From contig DASXQM010000273.1 in NCBI GenBank assembly GCA_036507195.1, positions 1,055 through 65,054 of the forward strand: 64,000 nucleotides of DNA, read 5' to 3'. Every line of letters starts with the position of its first letter. Position 1 is the first letter of the stretch. Below the pieces are notes generated by a model. The model was not told where the DNA came from. It ran no database searches and saw only the letters and a program-made list of their open reading frames with translations. The translations under genes and the position numbers were made by a program. The stretch is from Pyrinomonadaceae bacterium (GTDB taxonomy: Bacteria > Acidobacteriota > Blastocatellia > Pyrinomonadales > Pyrinomonadaceae). Of this stretch, positions 56,733-64,000 are shown piece by piece.

Positions 56733-57147
56733 ATCCAACCCGATTGTCCTTTACGACGGCGTTTGCGGGCTCTGCAATCGTCTCGTCCAGTTTCTTCTCA
56801 AACGCGATACCAACGACCGTTTTCGTTTTGCGTCGCTGCAAAGCGACTTCGCCAACAACTTGCTAACACATCATGGTTTGGACCCGCACGACCTCGACAC
56901 AGTCTATGTGGTGCAGGATTATGGTCAGCCCAATGAGCGCCTGCTGGCGCGCTCCGACGCAATTCTTTTCATGCTGAGGCAACTTGGTGGGCTTTGGAAG
57001 GTAGCGGGAGTGGGGCACGTGCTGCCAAGATCATTTCGTGACGTGGTCTACAAAGTCGTAGCGCGCAATCGCTATCGCGTTTTCGGCAAACACGAATCCT
57101 GCATGTTGCCGGAGTCTCGACACCGGCAGAAGTTTTTGGATTTGTAA
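56719..57147 (+). CDS. thiol-disulfide oxidoreductase DCC family protein (DUF393)
   Basis: N-terminal LYDGVCGLCN motif; about 140 aa. Confidence 0.8.
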   Translation: MPTPESNPIVLYDGVCGLCNRLVQFLLKRDTNDRFRFASLQSDFANNLLTHHGLDPHDLDTVYVVQDYGQPNERLLARSDAILFMLRQLGGLWKVAGVGHVLPRSFRDVVYKVVARNRYRVFGKHESCMLPESRHRQKFLDL

Positions 57148-57234
57148 AGGTCGCTATCAGCAGTGTGGGTTCTTCCGCGGGCCGTGGTTAGCGACCCGCG
57201 TAAGCCCTTTTTCCTCGGTTGCCTGGGTAGGACA

Positions 57235-59100
57235 TTACCTTCGTCTGCGCGTGGCCGCCCGCAATTGCCGGACTTGACTCTTCAGTTGCTCAATCTCCTT
57301 CTGCTGCTCTTTGATGGCGTTGAGCATCGTCCAGAGGATCGGGTCGTTATTAACTTGCAGGTAGCCGTTCTCGTTCGTGGAAACGGCTTCGGGAATAACC
57401 TTCTGCACTGCCTGAGCTCCAAAGCCGACGTGGTCGCCGTGCGACTTGAGGCCCAGAGCATTGTTCTGCTTGTATTCATAACGGAGTGGCTGCAACTGCA
57501 TAATGGCTCTAAGTCCGCTATTGAACCGGCCCTTGATGTTCTTCAAGCGTTCATCTGAAAACACCGCCCACGATCCGCCCCCGGGTTTGCTAGCGGTTCC
57601 GTTGACCGACAGAGTGTCAGTCGGAGCGGTTGTCCCAATGCCGACATTGCCGGCACTATTTACGGTCATTCGCACTATTCCCGTATCGACGTTATTGGTA
57701 GCAGCTGTCACGAAGTCAATTTGTGTCGCTGCTGCCATTCCACCGACCTCTCCACCAAGCGCGGCTATATTCGCAGTCGAGGTTGTTGCCCCAGCCAGAA
57801 GCGCAAACTGCAAACTAGCTGACGCGAAAGGTGGCAGGGCAACTCTAGCCAACTTCGTCGTATTGTTCGTGCGATTGGCAGTACCTGATTCCGAGCCAAG
57901 GGTTATGATGTTCCCAGAAACATCCAACGAACTCCCCGGACTCGCCGTCCCGATGCCGACGTTGCCGCTGGCATTGATGTCAATGCTGCTCGTGGGAGCC
58001 CCGGGCCGGATGCGGAAAGGCAGGCGAGAGCCGCCGGTGACATCACGGACGAAGAAGTTGGCTTCGTTGCCGGCCACGTCCCATGTCTGCGCCGTAAAGC
58101 CGCCGCCGGAATTCTGTTCGAACCTCATGGCTGGAGTATCGCCAGTGTTCATATGCAGGTCCAACACCGGCGTTGCGGTCCTGATTCCAACCCTGCCAGT
58201 GCTGCTTACCTTAAGCGAGTTGGCCGGCGCACCGGCATCGACTTCAAACACAATTGTTCCAGTCTCCGAATTGCCGGTGGTGCCTTGGTCTACAAATCCT
58301 AAAAAACTGGCGCCGCCGCTGGCTGAGCTATTCGCCCTTATTTGCCAGTTATTGGTAGGGAAGCCGGCCGAGGTGCTGGTGTCGTCAAACTGGATGCGTG
58401 TGTTGTTCTCTTTAAGCCTGATGGTGTCAAAGCCAAAAACTTCGCCATTAACGCAATCAAGTCCGACGCAGGCGCTGCCTTGTACGATCAGATCGTCGGG
58501 GATCACATCATCAGGCTTAGCGATGAGAAGCGGGTGATGCTGCTGGTTTTTAGTTGCTGCGTCGCCGAGAGTAGTCCCCGGCAGCCGTGGCCGCTCGACA
58601 CTTTTGCTAACTGGTCGCCGCCCTGCTTCTTCCTGGGCTCCAGCGACGACGATCGCGCCGTTTAGAATTGAGAACATGCCGGATTCGACCAGGCCCGGCA
58701 GCATGCGTTTGCGCGTCGCGCGCACAGCCTCTGCGTCGTCATCCTTGCCGCGCGCAGCCGTTAGCATTTCTTTAGCAGCCGCCGACAATACCGGGGTCAG
58801 GCGCAGTTCATAAGCGTAGGGCCCGTCCGGCAACCTCTCCCCATGTCTATCGGTAAGCGTGAATTCGGGTGAAGCGCCCGCCTTAAACTCTTTGCGGAAC
58901 ACCCTGCCATCGGGCGCCAAAACGGTCATGGTCACGCCAGAGTTCGGGGCGGCGACGTCCCACCTGACGCTCGACCCCATGGAACTGATAGAGGCGAGTT
59001 TGTTTCTATCTTCCGCCGATTGCCCCGGCACAGAAATGTGGAGGTAAGCGACGACAAATAGTGTGCACAGCACTAAGGTTAAGCATTTTGGACTTTTCAT
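57235..59100 (-). CDS. secreted tail-fiber-domain protein with C-terminal intramolecular chaperone (peptidase S74-like) domain
   Basis: Repeated GNVGIGT(A/T)xP motifs. C-terminal SDERLKNIK...LQPLRYEYK...GFGAQAVQKVIPEAV...NYLQVNNDPILWTMLNAIKEQQKEIEQLK. Confidence 0.8.
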   Translation of the reverse strand: MKSPKCLTLVLCTLFVVAYLHISVPGQSAEDRNKLASISSMGSSVRWDVAAPNSGVTMTVLAPDGRVFRKEFKAGASPEFTLTDRHGERLPDGPYAYELRLTPVLSAAAKEMLTAARGKDDDAEAVRATRKRMLPGLVESGMFSILNGAIVVAGAQEEAGRRPVSKSVERPRLPGTTLGDAATKNQQHHPLLIAKPDDVIPDDLIVQGSACVGLDCVNGEVFGFDTIRLKENNTRIQFDDTSTSAGFPTNNWQIRANSSASGGASFLGFVDQGTTGNSETGTIVFEVDAGAPANSLKVSSTGRVGIRTATPVLDLHMNTGDTPAMRFEQNSGGGFTAQTWDVAGNEANFFVRDVTGGSRLPFRIRPGAPTSSIDINASGNVGIGTASPGSSLDVSGNIITLGSESGTANRTNNTTKLARVALPPFASASLQFALLAGATTSTANIAALGGEVGGMAAATQIDFVTAATNNVDTGIVRMTVNSAGNVGIGTTAPTDTLSVNGTASKPGGGSWAVFSDERLKNIKGRFNSGLRAIMQLQPLRYEYKQNNALGLKSHGDHVGFGAQAVQKVIPEAVSTNENGYLQVNNDPILWTMLNAIKEQQKEIEQLKSQVRQLRAATRRRR

Positions 59101-59483
59101 TGAGGACCTCCTTTAACCGGCCTGCTGCCGATCATTGTAAGAGTGAATAAGCCCGACTCTCTGAAAGAGATTTAGAAAGAGAGGACTTACGTTGGAAAGG
59201 AATCTGAGAAGTTGCTGTATAACAACCGCCGGTTAAAGTGTCAAGGAGAGTTAGCACAACAGGAAAGTTAGCAGAACCAGGCATTTAAGAAGTTTGAAGG
59301 CGGCGATTAGCCAGAGGCATTTGCGCGCCGGTGGCCGCGCTTTGTTCTTTCCTGGCCTGACCATTTGAGTTGAACAAAAGGCGGGAAACTATGCGGTGAA
59401 GTTTTAACGAGTGACGTTTCACCAACTACTTCTTACTACTCACTTGCTCACCACCCAGTTCCTGAGACTTCATCCTTGAAAAG

Positions 59484-59560
59484 TGGTGCCCCCGGCGCGA
59501 TTCCAACGCGCGACCTTCCGCTTAGGAGGCGGACGCTCTATGCAACTGAGCTACGGGAGC
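59484..59560 (-). tRNA. tRNA-Arg (anticodon CCT), CCA encoded
   Basis: The reverse complement is GCTCCCGTAGCTCAGTTGCATAGAGCGTCCGCCTCCTAAGCGGAAGGTCGCGCGTTGGAATCGCGCCGGGGGCACCA. It folds as a cloverleaf with a 7-bp acceptor stem (one G-U pair), D stem GCTC/GAGC, anticodon loop CTCCTAA and T stem GCGCG/CGCGC. Confidence 0.9.
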
Positions 59561-59568
59561 ACGTGCGA

Positions 59569-59696
59569 GGTCAATGGTAAATGGGAAATGGTTAATGGTA
59601 AAGGCAGGTCTTGGGTGTTGGGGCTTTGATCTTCGAAACATCAAAGGATAGGTGGCTAGAGCTGCTTGATGCTCAACTAAAGACCAAAGACCTCAG
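59569..59696. repeat. word-repeat region: tandem aatggta words, then a ggtcttgg... / ...ccaaagacc palindrome
   Basis: ggtcaatggtaaatgggaaatggttaatggtaaagg (59569-59604), caggtcttgggtgttgggg (59605-), and ctaaagaccaaagacctcag (59677-59696). Confidence 0.6.
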
Positions 59697-59705
59697 CCCT
59701 GTTTT

Positions 59706-60227
59706 CTAGCTCCCATACTTAATCAACGACCGCACATCGTAACCCTCGAGCTTTTGTCGACCCGGCAAAAACTCCAGTTCAACTACAAACACGAGGCCCG
59801 CAACAGTTCCGCCGAGTCCCTCGACGAGATTGCAGACGGCTTTTGCCGTTCCGCCAGTGGCTAACAGGTCATCCGCAATGATCACTCTTTGTCCCTTGCC
59901 TACGGCATCACGATGAATCTCGAGTGTGTCCTGGCCATATTCGAGGTCATACGAGATCGAGGCACACTCCGCCGGGAGCTTCTTTGGTTTGCGCACCGGT
60001 ACGAAGCCGGCGCCCAGGTGGTAGGCGAGCGCCGGGGCAAAGATGAAGCCTCGCGCCTCGACGCCAATCACCGTGTCGACCTTTTCCCCCTCATACTCCG
60101 CAGCCAGGGCATCCACGGTCTTACGCAAGCCGGCAGGATGTTTGAGCAGGGTAGTGATGTCATAAAAGTTTATGCCGGGTTTAGGAAAATCCGGCACTTC
60201 ACGAATCAGCTCTTTTAGATCGTCCAT
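59706..60227 (-). CDS. apt: adenine phosphoribosyltransferase
   Basis: [12 protein letters not shown] and PRPP-binding motif [14 protein letters not shown]; 173 aa. Confidence 0.92.
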   Translation of the reverse strand: MDDLKELIREVPDFPKPGINFYDITTLLKHPAGLRKTVDALAAEYEGEKVDTVIGVEARGFIFAPALAYHLGAGFVPVRKPKKLPAECASISYDLEYGQDTLEIHRDAVGKGQRVIIADDLLATGGTAKAVCNLVEGLGGTVAGLVFVVELEFLPGRQKLEGYDVRSLIKYGS

Positions 60228-60240
60228 AATTGAATGTGGT

Positions 60241-60525
60241 TCATCGTTCTATTCTGAAAGAAGAATACAGCCCGGTCGGTTCGAGGCTGATTTCTTCAAC
60301 CTGCTCGACCCGGGACCATTGCGGCCCTGTTACCAGATCTTTCTTAAGCTCCTCGACCTCAGTTGGGGAGCCTTCAGCGACTACTTCTACTTGTCCATCA
60401 GGACAGTTACGTACGTAGCCTAAAACCTGGTGGCGCGCCGCGGCCCGTTGCGCGAAGAAGCGATAACCCACGCCCTGCACGTCACCCCTTATCAAAAACT
60501 TCCGCGCCACTCTCGCCATCGTCAT
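60241..60525 (-). CDS. acyP: acylphosphatase
   Basis: [13 protein letters not shown] signature. Start placed at ATG 60525 to give the usual ~94 aa. Confidence 0.8.
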   Translation of the reverse strand: MTMARVARKFLIRGDVQGVGYRFFAQRAAARHQVLGYVRNCPDGQVEVVAEGSPTEVEELKKDLVTGPQWSRVEQVEEISLEPTGLYSSFRIER

Positions 60526-60596
60526 TCGGGCATCTTGTTCAAAATCGGTTTGTCCGCAGTTAGTAGATTGAGGAATAAACCAAAGTTCGTCAGCTC

Positions 60597-61022
60597 TCAC
60601 AAGCACTTGTGAACTCTTCCGGAACTGCCGCGCTTCAGAGTGTAGGTTTCAACAACTTCGTTCGTGTCCGCAAGCTTCACGGTGAGCGTCATTGTGTCGC
60701 CCTTGATCCAACCCGAATAGATCGCCGGGCGGCTGTTTGGCTTCTCGTCAACTCGTATGGGTCCGCCGTGCTCCCGGTTGTGAGTGCCACGCCAGGTAAA
60801 ACGTCCTTTATTATCAATGGTTAACGGGCCGTCTATCGTGCCATTTGCACAATCATAGTTGATCGTGGCCGAGCGTGACCCGACTGAGATGCTGACATGC
60901 GGACCGCCCCAGGCGCCTGTTGGTAAGCGTTGCATTTTGCGTGGCCGTGATGCAACCGAGAAAGCAATCAACAAAACCAAACTGAGAATAACTAGAAGTC
61001 TATTTCCATTCCGCCAAAACAT
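60597..61022 (-). CDS. hypothetical secreted protein
   Basis: Signal-like LLVILSLVLLIAFSVA. No family recognised. Confidence 0.4.
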   Translation of the reverse strand: MFWRNGNRLLVILSLVLLIAFSVASRPRKMQRLPTGAWGGPHVSISVGSRSATINYDCANGTIDGPLTIDNKGRFTWRGTHNREHGGPIRVDEKPNSRPAIYSGWIKGDTMTLTVKLADTNEVVETYTLKRGSSGRVHKCL

Positions 61023-61513
61023 ATAGTCTCTCCAATATCTAAACCCCACGGCCAACCTTCTGACTCCCCATTCAGAACTCCGCGCTCACGACCACGGTTC
61101 TAGATCCGGGAGGCCAGTCTGTTTAAGAGGTTTCATTGTAACGAACAGGCCGTCGTAATGCCCAGCGGGCCCTACTTAACGCTGCAAGATTAGAACGAAA
61201 GGGCAGGACGATAATTGCACTCACTTCGGCTAATTAGTCGACAGACGTATGACGAACTGCTCAGTCAGACGGCTCGCGAGTGCACCTGCTCCCGTGGCGG
61301 GGTTTCTGCTGGAATCCGCCGCCAATAATGCGCTGCCACTGCTCGCCGTCTGTTTAATATCGTTCACTGTTAACTGTCCTGATTGTGTCTATTCTGTGTA
61401 ATCGGCGAAATCAGCGGATAGCCCTTGTCCCTTGCCTCTGGTTTCGTGCTAATCTTTCCTGAACCTGCCCCCGTTATCTCACCTACTTCTGACTTCTGAT
61501 TTGAGAGGTAACC

Positions 61514-61948
61514 ATGACTCCAGCCAGAGCACGGGCCAAGACCGTTTCCACTATTCTCGTAATCGAAGACTACTCCGACACGCGCGAGCTGCTATCCGTT
61601 TTGCTGCGCCGCAGAGGATATAACGTCGTTGAGGCGGAGGACGGAGTAGAAGGCCTACTGAAGGCGGGTTGGGTCTACCCCGATCTCATCCTGATGGATC
61701 TGTCATTGCCGGAGATGGATGGAGTGGAGGTAGCGCGGCGCATTCACGCGCAGTCCAAACTTTCCCAGATACCAATCTTCGTCGTAAGCGCCTACTTGAC
61801 CGAAGCTGTCAAAGCCGACGTCCGCGCGGCCGGCTGCGTTGAGACGTTCTCGAAACCCTTCGACGCAAAAGCCTTAATGGAAAGAATCACCGCGACCTTG
61901 AACGCTAAAGCGTTCGATAACGGTGACGTTCCAGCCAACTTTCTCTGA
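61514..61948 (+). CDS. single-domain response regulator (CheY-like receiver)
   Basis: ILVIEDYSDTRELL, phospho-acceptor LILMDLSLPEMDG, FVVSAY and FSKPF. Confidence 0.88.
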   Translation: MTPARARAKTVSTILVIEDYSDTRELLSVLLRRRGYNVVEAEDGVEGLLKAGWVYPDLILMDLSLPEMDGVEVARRIHAQSKLSQIPIFVVSAYLTEAVKADVRAAGCVETFSKPFDAKALMERITATLNAKAFDNGDVPANFL

Positions 61949-61978
61949 TAGCCAATTGCTTTGATGACTGAGCGAGTA

Positions 61979-62034
61979 GTTTAGAAACGGCACTTGCGCC
62001 CTGGTAAGGTTGGCGGGAAGTCCCCGTTCTAAAC
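61979..62034. repeat. double-hairpin REP-like element (GTTTAGAAA-CGGCACTTGCGCC ... GCGGGAAGTCCCCG-TTCTAAAC)
   Basis: Read directly. Lies between convergent genes. Confidence 0.8.
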
Positions 62035-62078
62035 GAGGCTAACAAGGCCCTGTAGCGTACGAACTGCGGACGCCTCAA

Positions 62079-64000
62079 CTACCTTAATTCGACAATCGCA
62101 ACGCCCCCGGGAGCGATTGTTATCGACACGCTATTCTGCGCGTTCTGGTTTTTCACTTCAATGTCCTTCTCACTAATCCAATCAATAGCCCTTTGAATCT
62201 GTCGGCCATCCAGGCTGATTGTGGCGGTGACGTATGCGCTGCGATCGACCTGCGCCAGGCCTTGTTGAGGTTTGAAGACGCCGTTGTTGTTGAAGAGCGT
62301 GATGACCCAGCCGTTCTCAGCGCGGTTGACGAGGTACTCGACGTCGCCGGCAACCTTGAGCGGAAGAGCTTCGGCGAAAACGTGTGCGAGCATGTGCGCG
62401 GCGAAAGGTGCGATGCGCTCATCCTCTCCAAGCAGATCAGGAAGGACGGAAAAGACAACACTGCCCTTGCCAACTTTGTTGACAGTGACCAGCGGATCCG
62501 CGGCGTTGGCATTGATTGGTGCAATAACTAATGGTTGGGCCCCCTTCAGTTCTACTTTTTCATAACGAAACAATTGCCCGCTCAGGTTTTGCTCCGCTTC
62601 GCCGGGTGAAAGGCAACGCGCGTTGTCCGCTTCGACTGTGACGCCCATGAGTCGCACGCCGAGCAGCTCAGCCGGGAAGCCTTTGATCTGTGCTGAATTC
62701 AGCACCAGAGTGCCGCCGGATTTTACGTAATTGGTCAGCCGTTGAACCCACTGAGCGGACCAATCGATATGGCCGCCAACGACGATAGCGCGGTAAGCGT
62801 CGAGTGGGTAGAGCGGCGCAGGGGGCAGAAGCAAAGGGGCAGACGCGGACACGCGCGAACGTGTTGCCAGGGAGACCGAATCACCGCGAGACGCGGGAGC
62901 ATCATCCCTTACCGCAATTGAAGCGGCTTGATTGGCGGGCGACGTTGCGTCCCGGTTGCTGCCCTCGTATTCCCAATCCTTGTTCTTAGTCGCAGTAGTT
63001 TTCTTCGCGCTTGCGGCACCGTCGCGACTCTTGACCTTGGCGGGTGCACTTTGGACGTTTTTATTGGCGCCCTTCCTAATGGTCGGGCTACCGCCCTGAA
63101 CCTGCCCGCCGGAGGTTGGACTTTGGACATTGGACTTTGGACTTGAGGCCTCCGATGCGACCAGCACATCGAAGATGTCGCCGAAGCTGCCATTAACAAA
63201 CGCCTGTCGATCTCCCGTTGCCGGTTCACCTTCTACGACCAGCCCGGGAAAGTAAGCGACGCCAAACAGTTCCCGTAACGCACGGTCGCTGCGATTGATC
63301 TGCGAAACCTCAAACGGCCACTGGGGATAGTCTGTCATATCCCAGCCATGCGCTGGATCGAGCAGAAATGCAATGGGCGTATAAGGCGTGCCGCGGTCGG
63401 GCCGCTTTTCCGCGAAGCGCATAAACTCATCCGTAATGCGTCCCAGCGGATTCAGCTGAAACTCATGCTCGCCCGGTCCGGGTTTGAAGAATTGATCGAA
63501 GCCCTGTTCCAGATAGATCGCCGACGCGCCCGACATGTAATAAAAGTAGTAGCTCTTGCGATACCACGAGAGCGACGGGCCCATCGTCGCGCCGTAACGC
63601 GAGTGGAAGAAGTTGTCAGGGCCGGCGAAGTTTTGTTGTTTTGTAAAAGTCGTTGCAGTGTCGCCAAAGTTGGGCGCGTGATAATAGAGAAACGCGCCGC
63701 CGTACTGCCGCGCGGCGCCGCGTGTGAAAGCGATGCGCATGGCGAACATCGGTTGCACCGCCGCAGTCTCAACCGCCAGGAGGCGCACGCCCCATTCAGT
63801 TAACGCGTGAGCAAATGATGTGCTGGATGTGGATTGCGCGGGAATGAGTTTGTCCCACATCGCGCCCGTATCGGTGTGGAAGATCCCAGCCCACTTTCGC
63901 GCGATGGCGTTTGTATAGAAAACGCGGTGCGCTTCGAGCAACTCGCGGCGCGACATCGAAGCTGAAAGTTTCAGCTCCGCCGGCGCCTGCGCCCAAACGT
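62079..64000 (-). CDS. large hypothetical protein with a central low-complexity insert. N-terminus probably outside the window.
   Basis: The frame stays open upstream of the track's Met (63956) to the window edge. No family recognised with confidence. Confidence 0.5.
   Translation of the reverse strand, partial: VWAQAPAELKLSASMSRRELLEAHRVFYTNAIARKWAGIFHTDTGAMWDKLIPAQSTSSTSFAHALTEWGVRLLAVETAAVQPMFAMRIAFTRGAARQYGGAFLYYHAPNFGDTATTFTKQQNFAGPDNFFHSRYGATMGPSLSWYRKSYYFYYMSGASAIYLEQGFDQFFKPGPGEHEFQLNPLGRITDEFMRFAEKRPDRGTPYTPIAFLLDPAHGWDMTDYPQWPFEVSQINRSDRALRELFGVAYFPGLVVEGEPATGDRQAFVNGSFGDIFDVLVASEASSPKSNVQSPTSGGQVQGGSPTIRKGANKNVQSAPAKVKSRDGAASAKKTTATKNKDWEYEGSNRDATSPANQAASIAVRDDAPASRGDSVSLATRSRVSASAPLLLPPAPLYPLDAYRAIVVGGHIDWSAQWVQRLTNYVKSGGTLVLNSAQIKGFPAELLGVRLMGVTVEADNARCLSPGEAEQNLSGQLFRYEKVELKGAQPLVIAPINANAADPLVTVNKVGKGSVVFSVLPDLLGEDERIAPFAAHMLAHVFAEALPLKVAGDVEYLVNRAENGWVITLFNNNGVFKPQQGLAQVDRSAYVTATISLDGRQIQRAIDWISEKDIEVKNQNAQNSVSITIAPGGVAIVELR

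Noticed and set aside
57503-58537. 344-aa plus-strand ORF opposite the tail-fiber-domain gene
   Set aside because: The Pro/Ser/Ala-rich translation mirrors the Gly/Thr/Ala repeats of the real minus-strand gene. It has no start context or motifs.

Overview
64 kb of chromosomal DNA, about 53-55% GC, densely coding. Gene content and repeat style suggest Acidobacteriota, but that is a low-confidence inference. I could not run BLAST, HMMER or RNA folding, so every call rests on motifs read by eye from the ORF translations and the sequence.

Housekeeping genes:
- sdhA (5' end outside the window) and sdhB
- rnc and lepB
- apt and an acylphosphatase
- a 3-methyladenine DNA glycosylase
- one tRNA-Arg(CCT)

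Envelope, signalling and secreted-protein modules:
- An ECF sigma factor and a giant FecR-type anti-sigma factor, followed by two ABC-2 transporter pairs.
- A degenerate-GGDEF/EAL protein next to a REC-PAS protein.
- A sensor kinase with an NtrC-type regulator.
- Two penicillin-binding transpeptidase-domain (TP) proteins that lack a glycosyltransferase domain.
- A BNR-repeat protein, an S9 peptidase, a VWA protein and a tail-fiber-domain protein.

Most interesting locus: a co-directional minus-strand cluster at about 26.8-39.1 kb.
- It encodes a DUF1175/MagC-like NlpC/P60-fold protein and a 1644-aa alpha-2-macroglobulin (A2M) with an intact CTEQ thioester.
- It continues with a polytopic membrane protein and a three-domain fusion (TP, SpoIID lytic transglycosylase, HExxH peptidase).
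- It ends with an 822-aa secreted protein.
- It mixes features of the two described bacterial A2M gene contexts and replaces PBP1C with the novel fusion.

Small structured repeats are unusually abundant:
- A frameshifted REP-associated tyrosine transposase (RAYT) flanked by REP hairpins.
- A dispersed double-hairpin family with conserved GTTYAGAR termini.
- Many 'word palindromes' whose arms are tandem 6-7 nt words. Two loci carrying such word repeats are translated in frame inside genes.
- MITE-like elements with CAGAACCGGGAGCGGTAGCGAC termini.

Other oddities:
- A CDGSH Fe-S gene broken by a single-base insertion.
- An orphan LysW-like zinc-ribbon carrier protein ending in DEDEDEF.
- A tRNA whose G19:C56 elbow pair is swapped to C19:G56.

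No rRNA, CRISPR array, intact IS element or prophage was seen.
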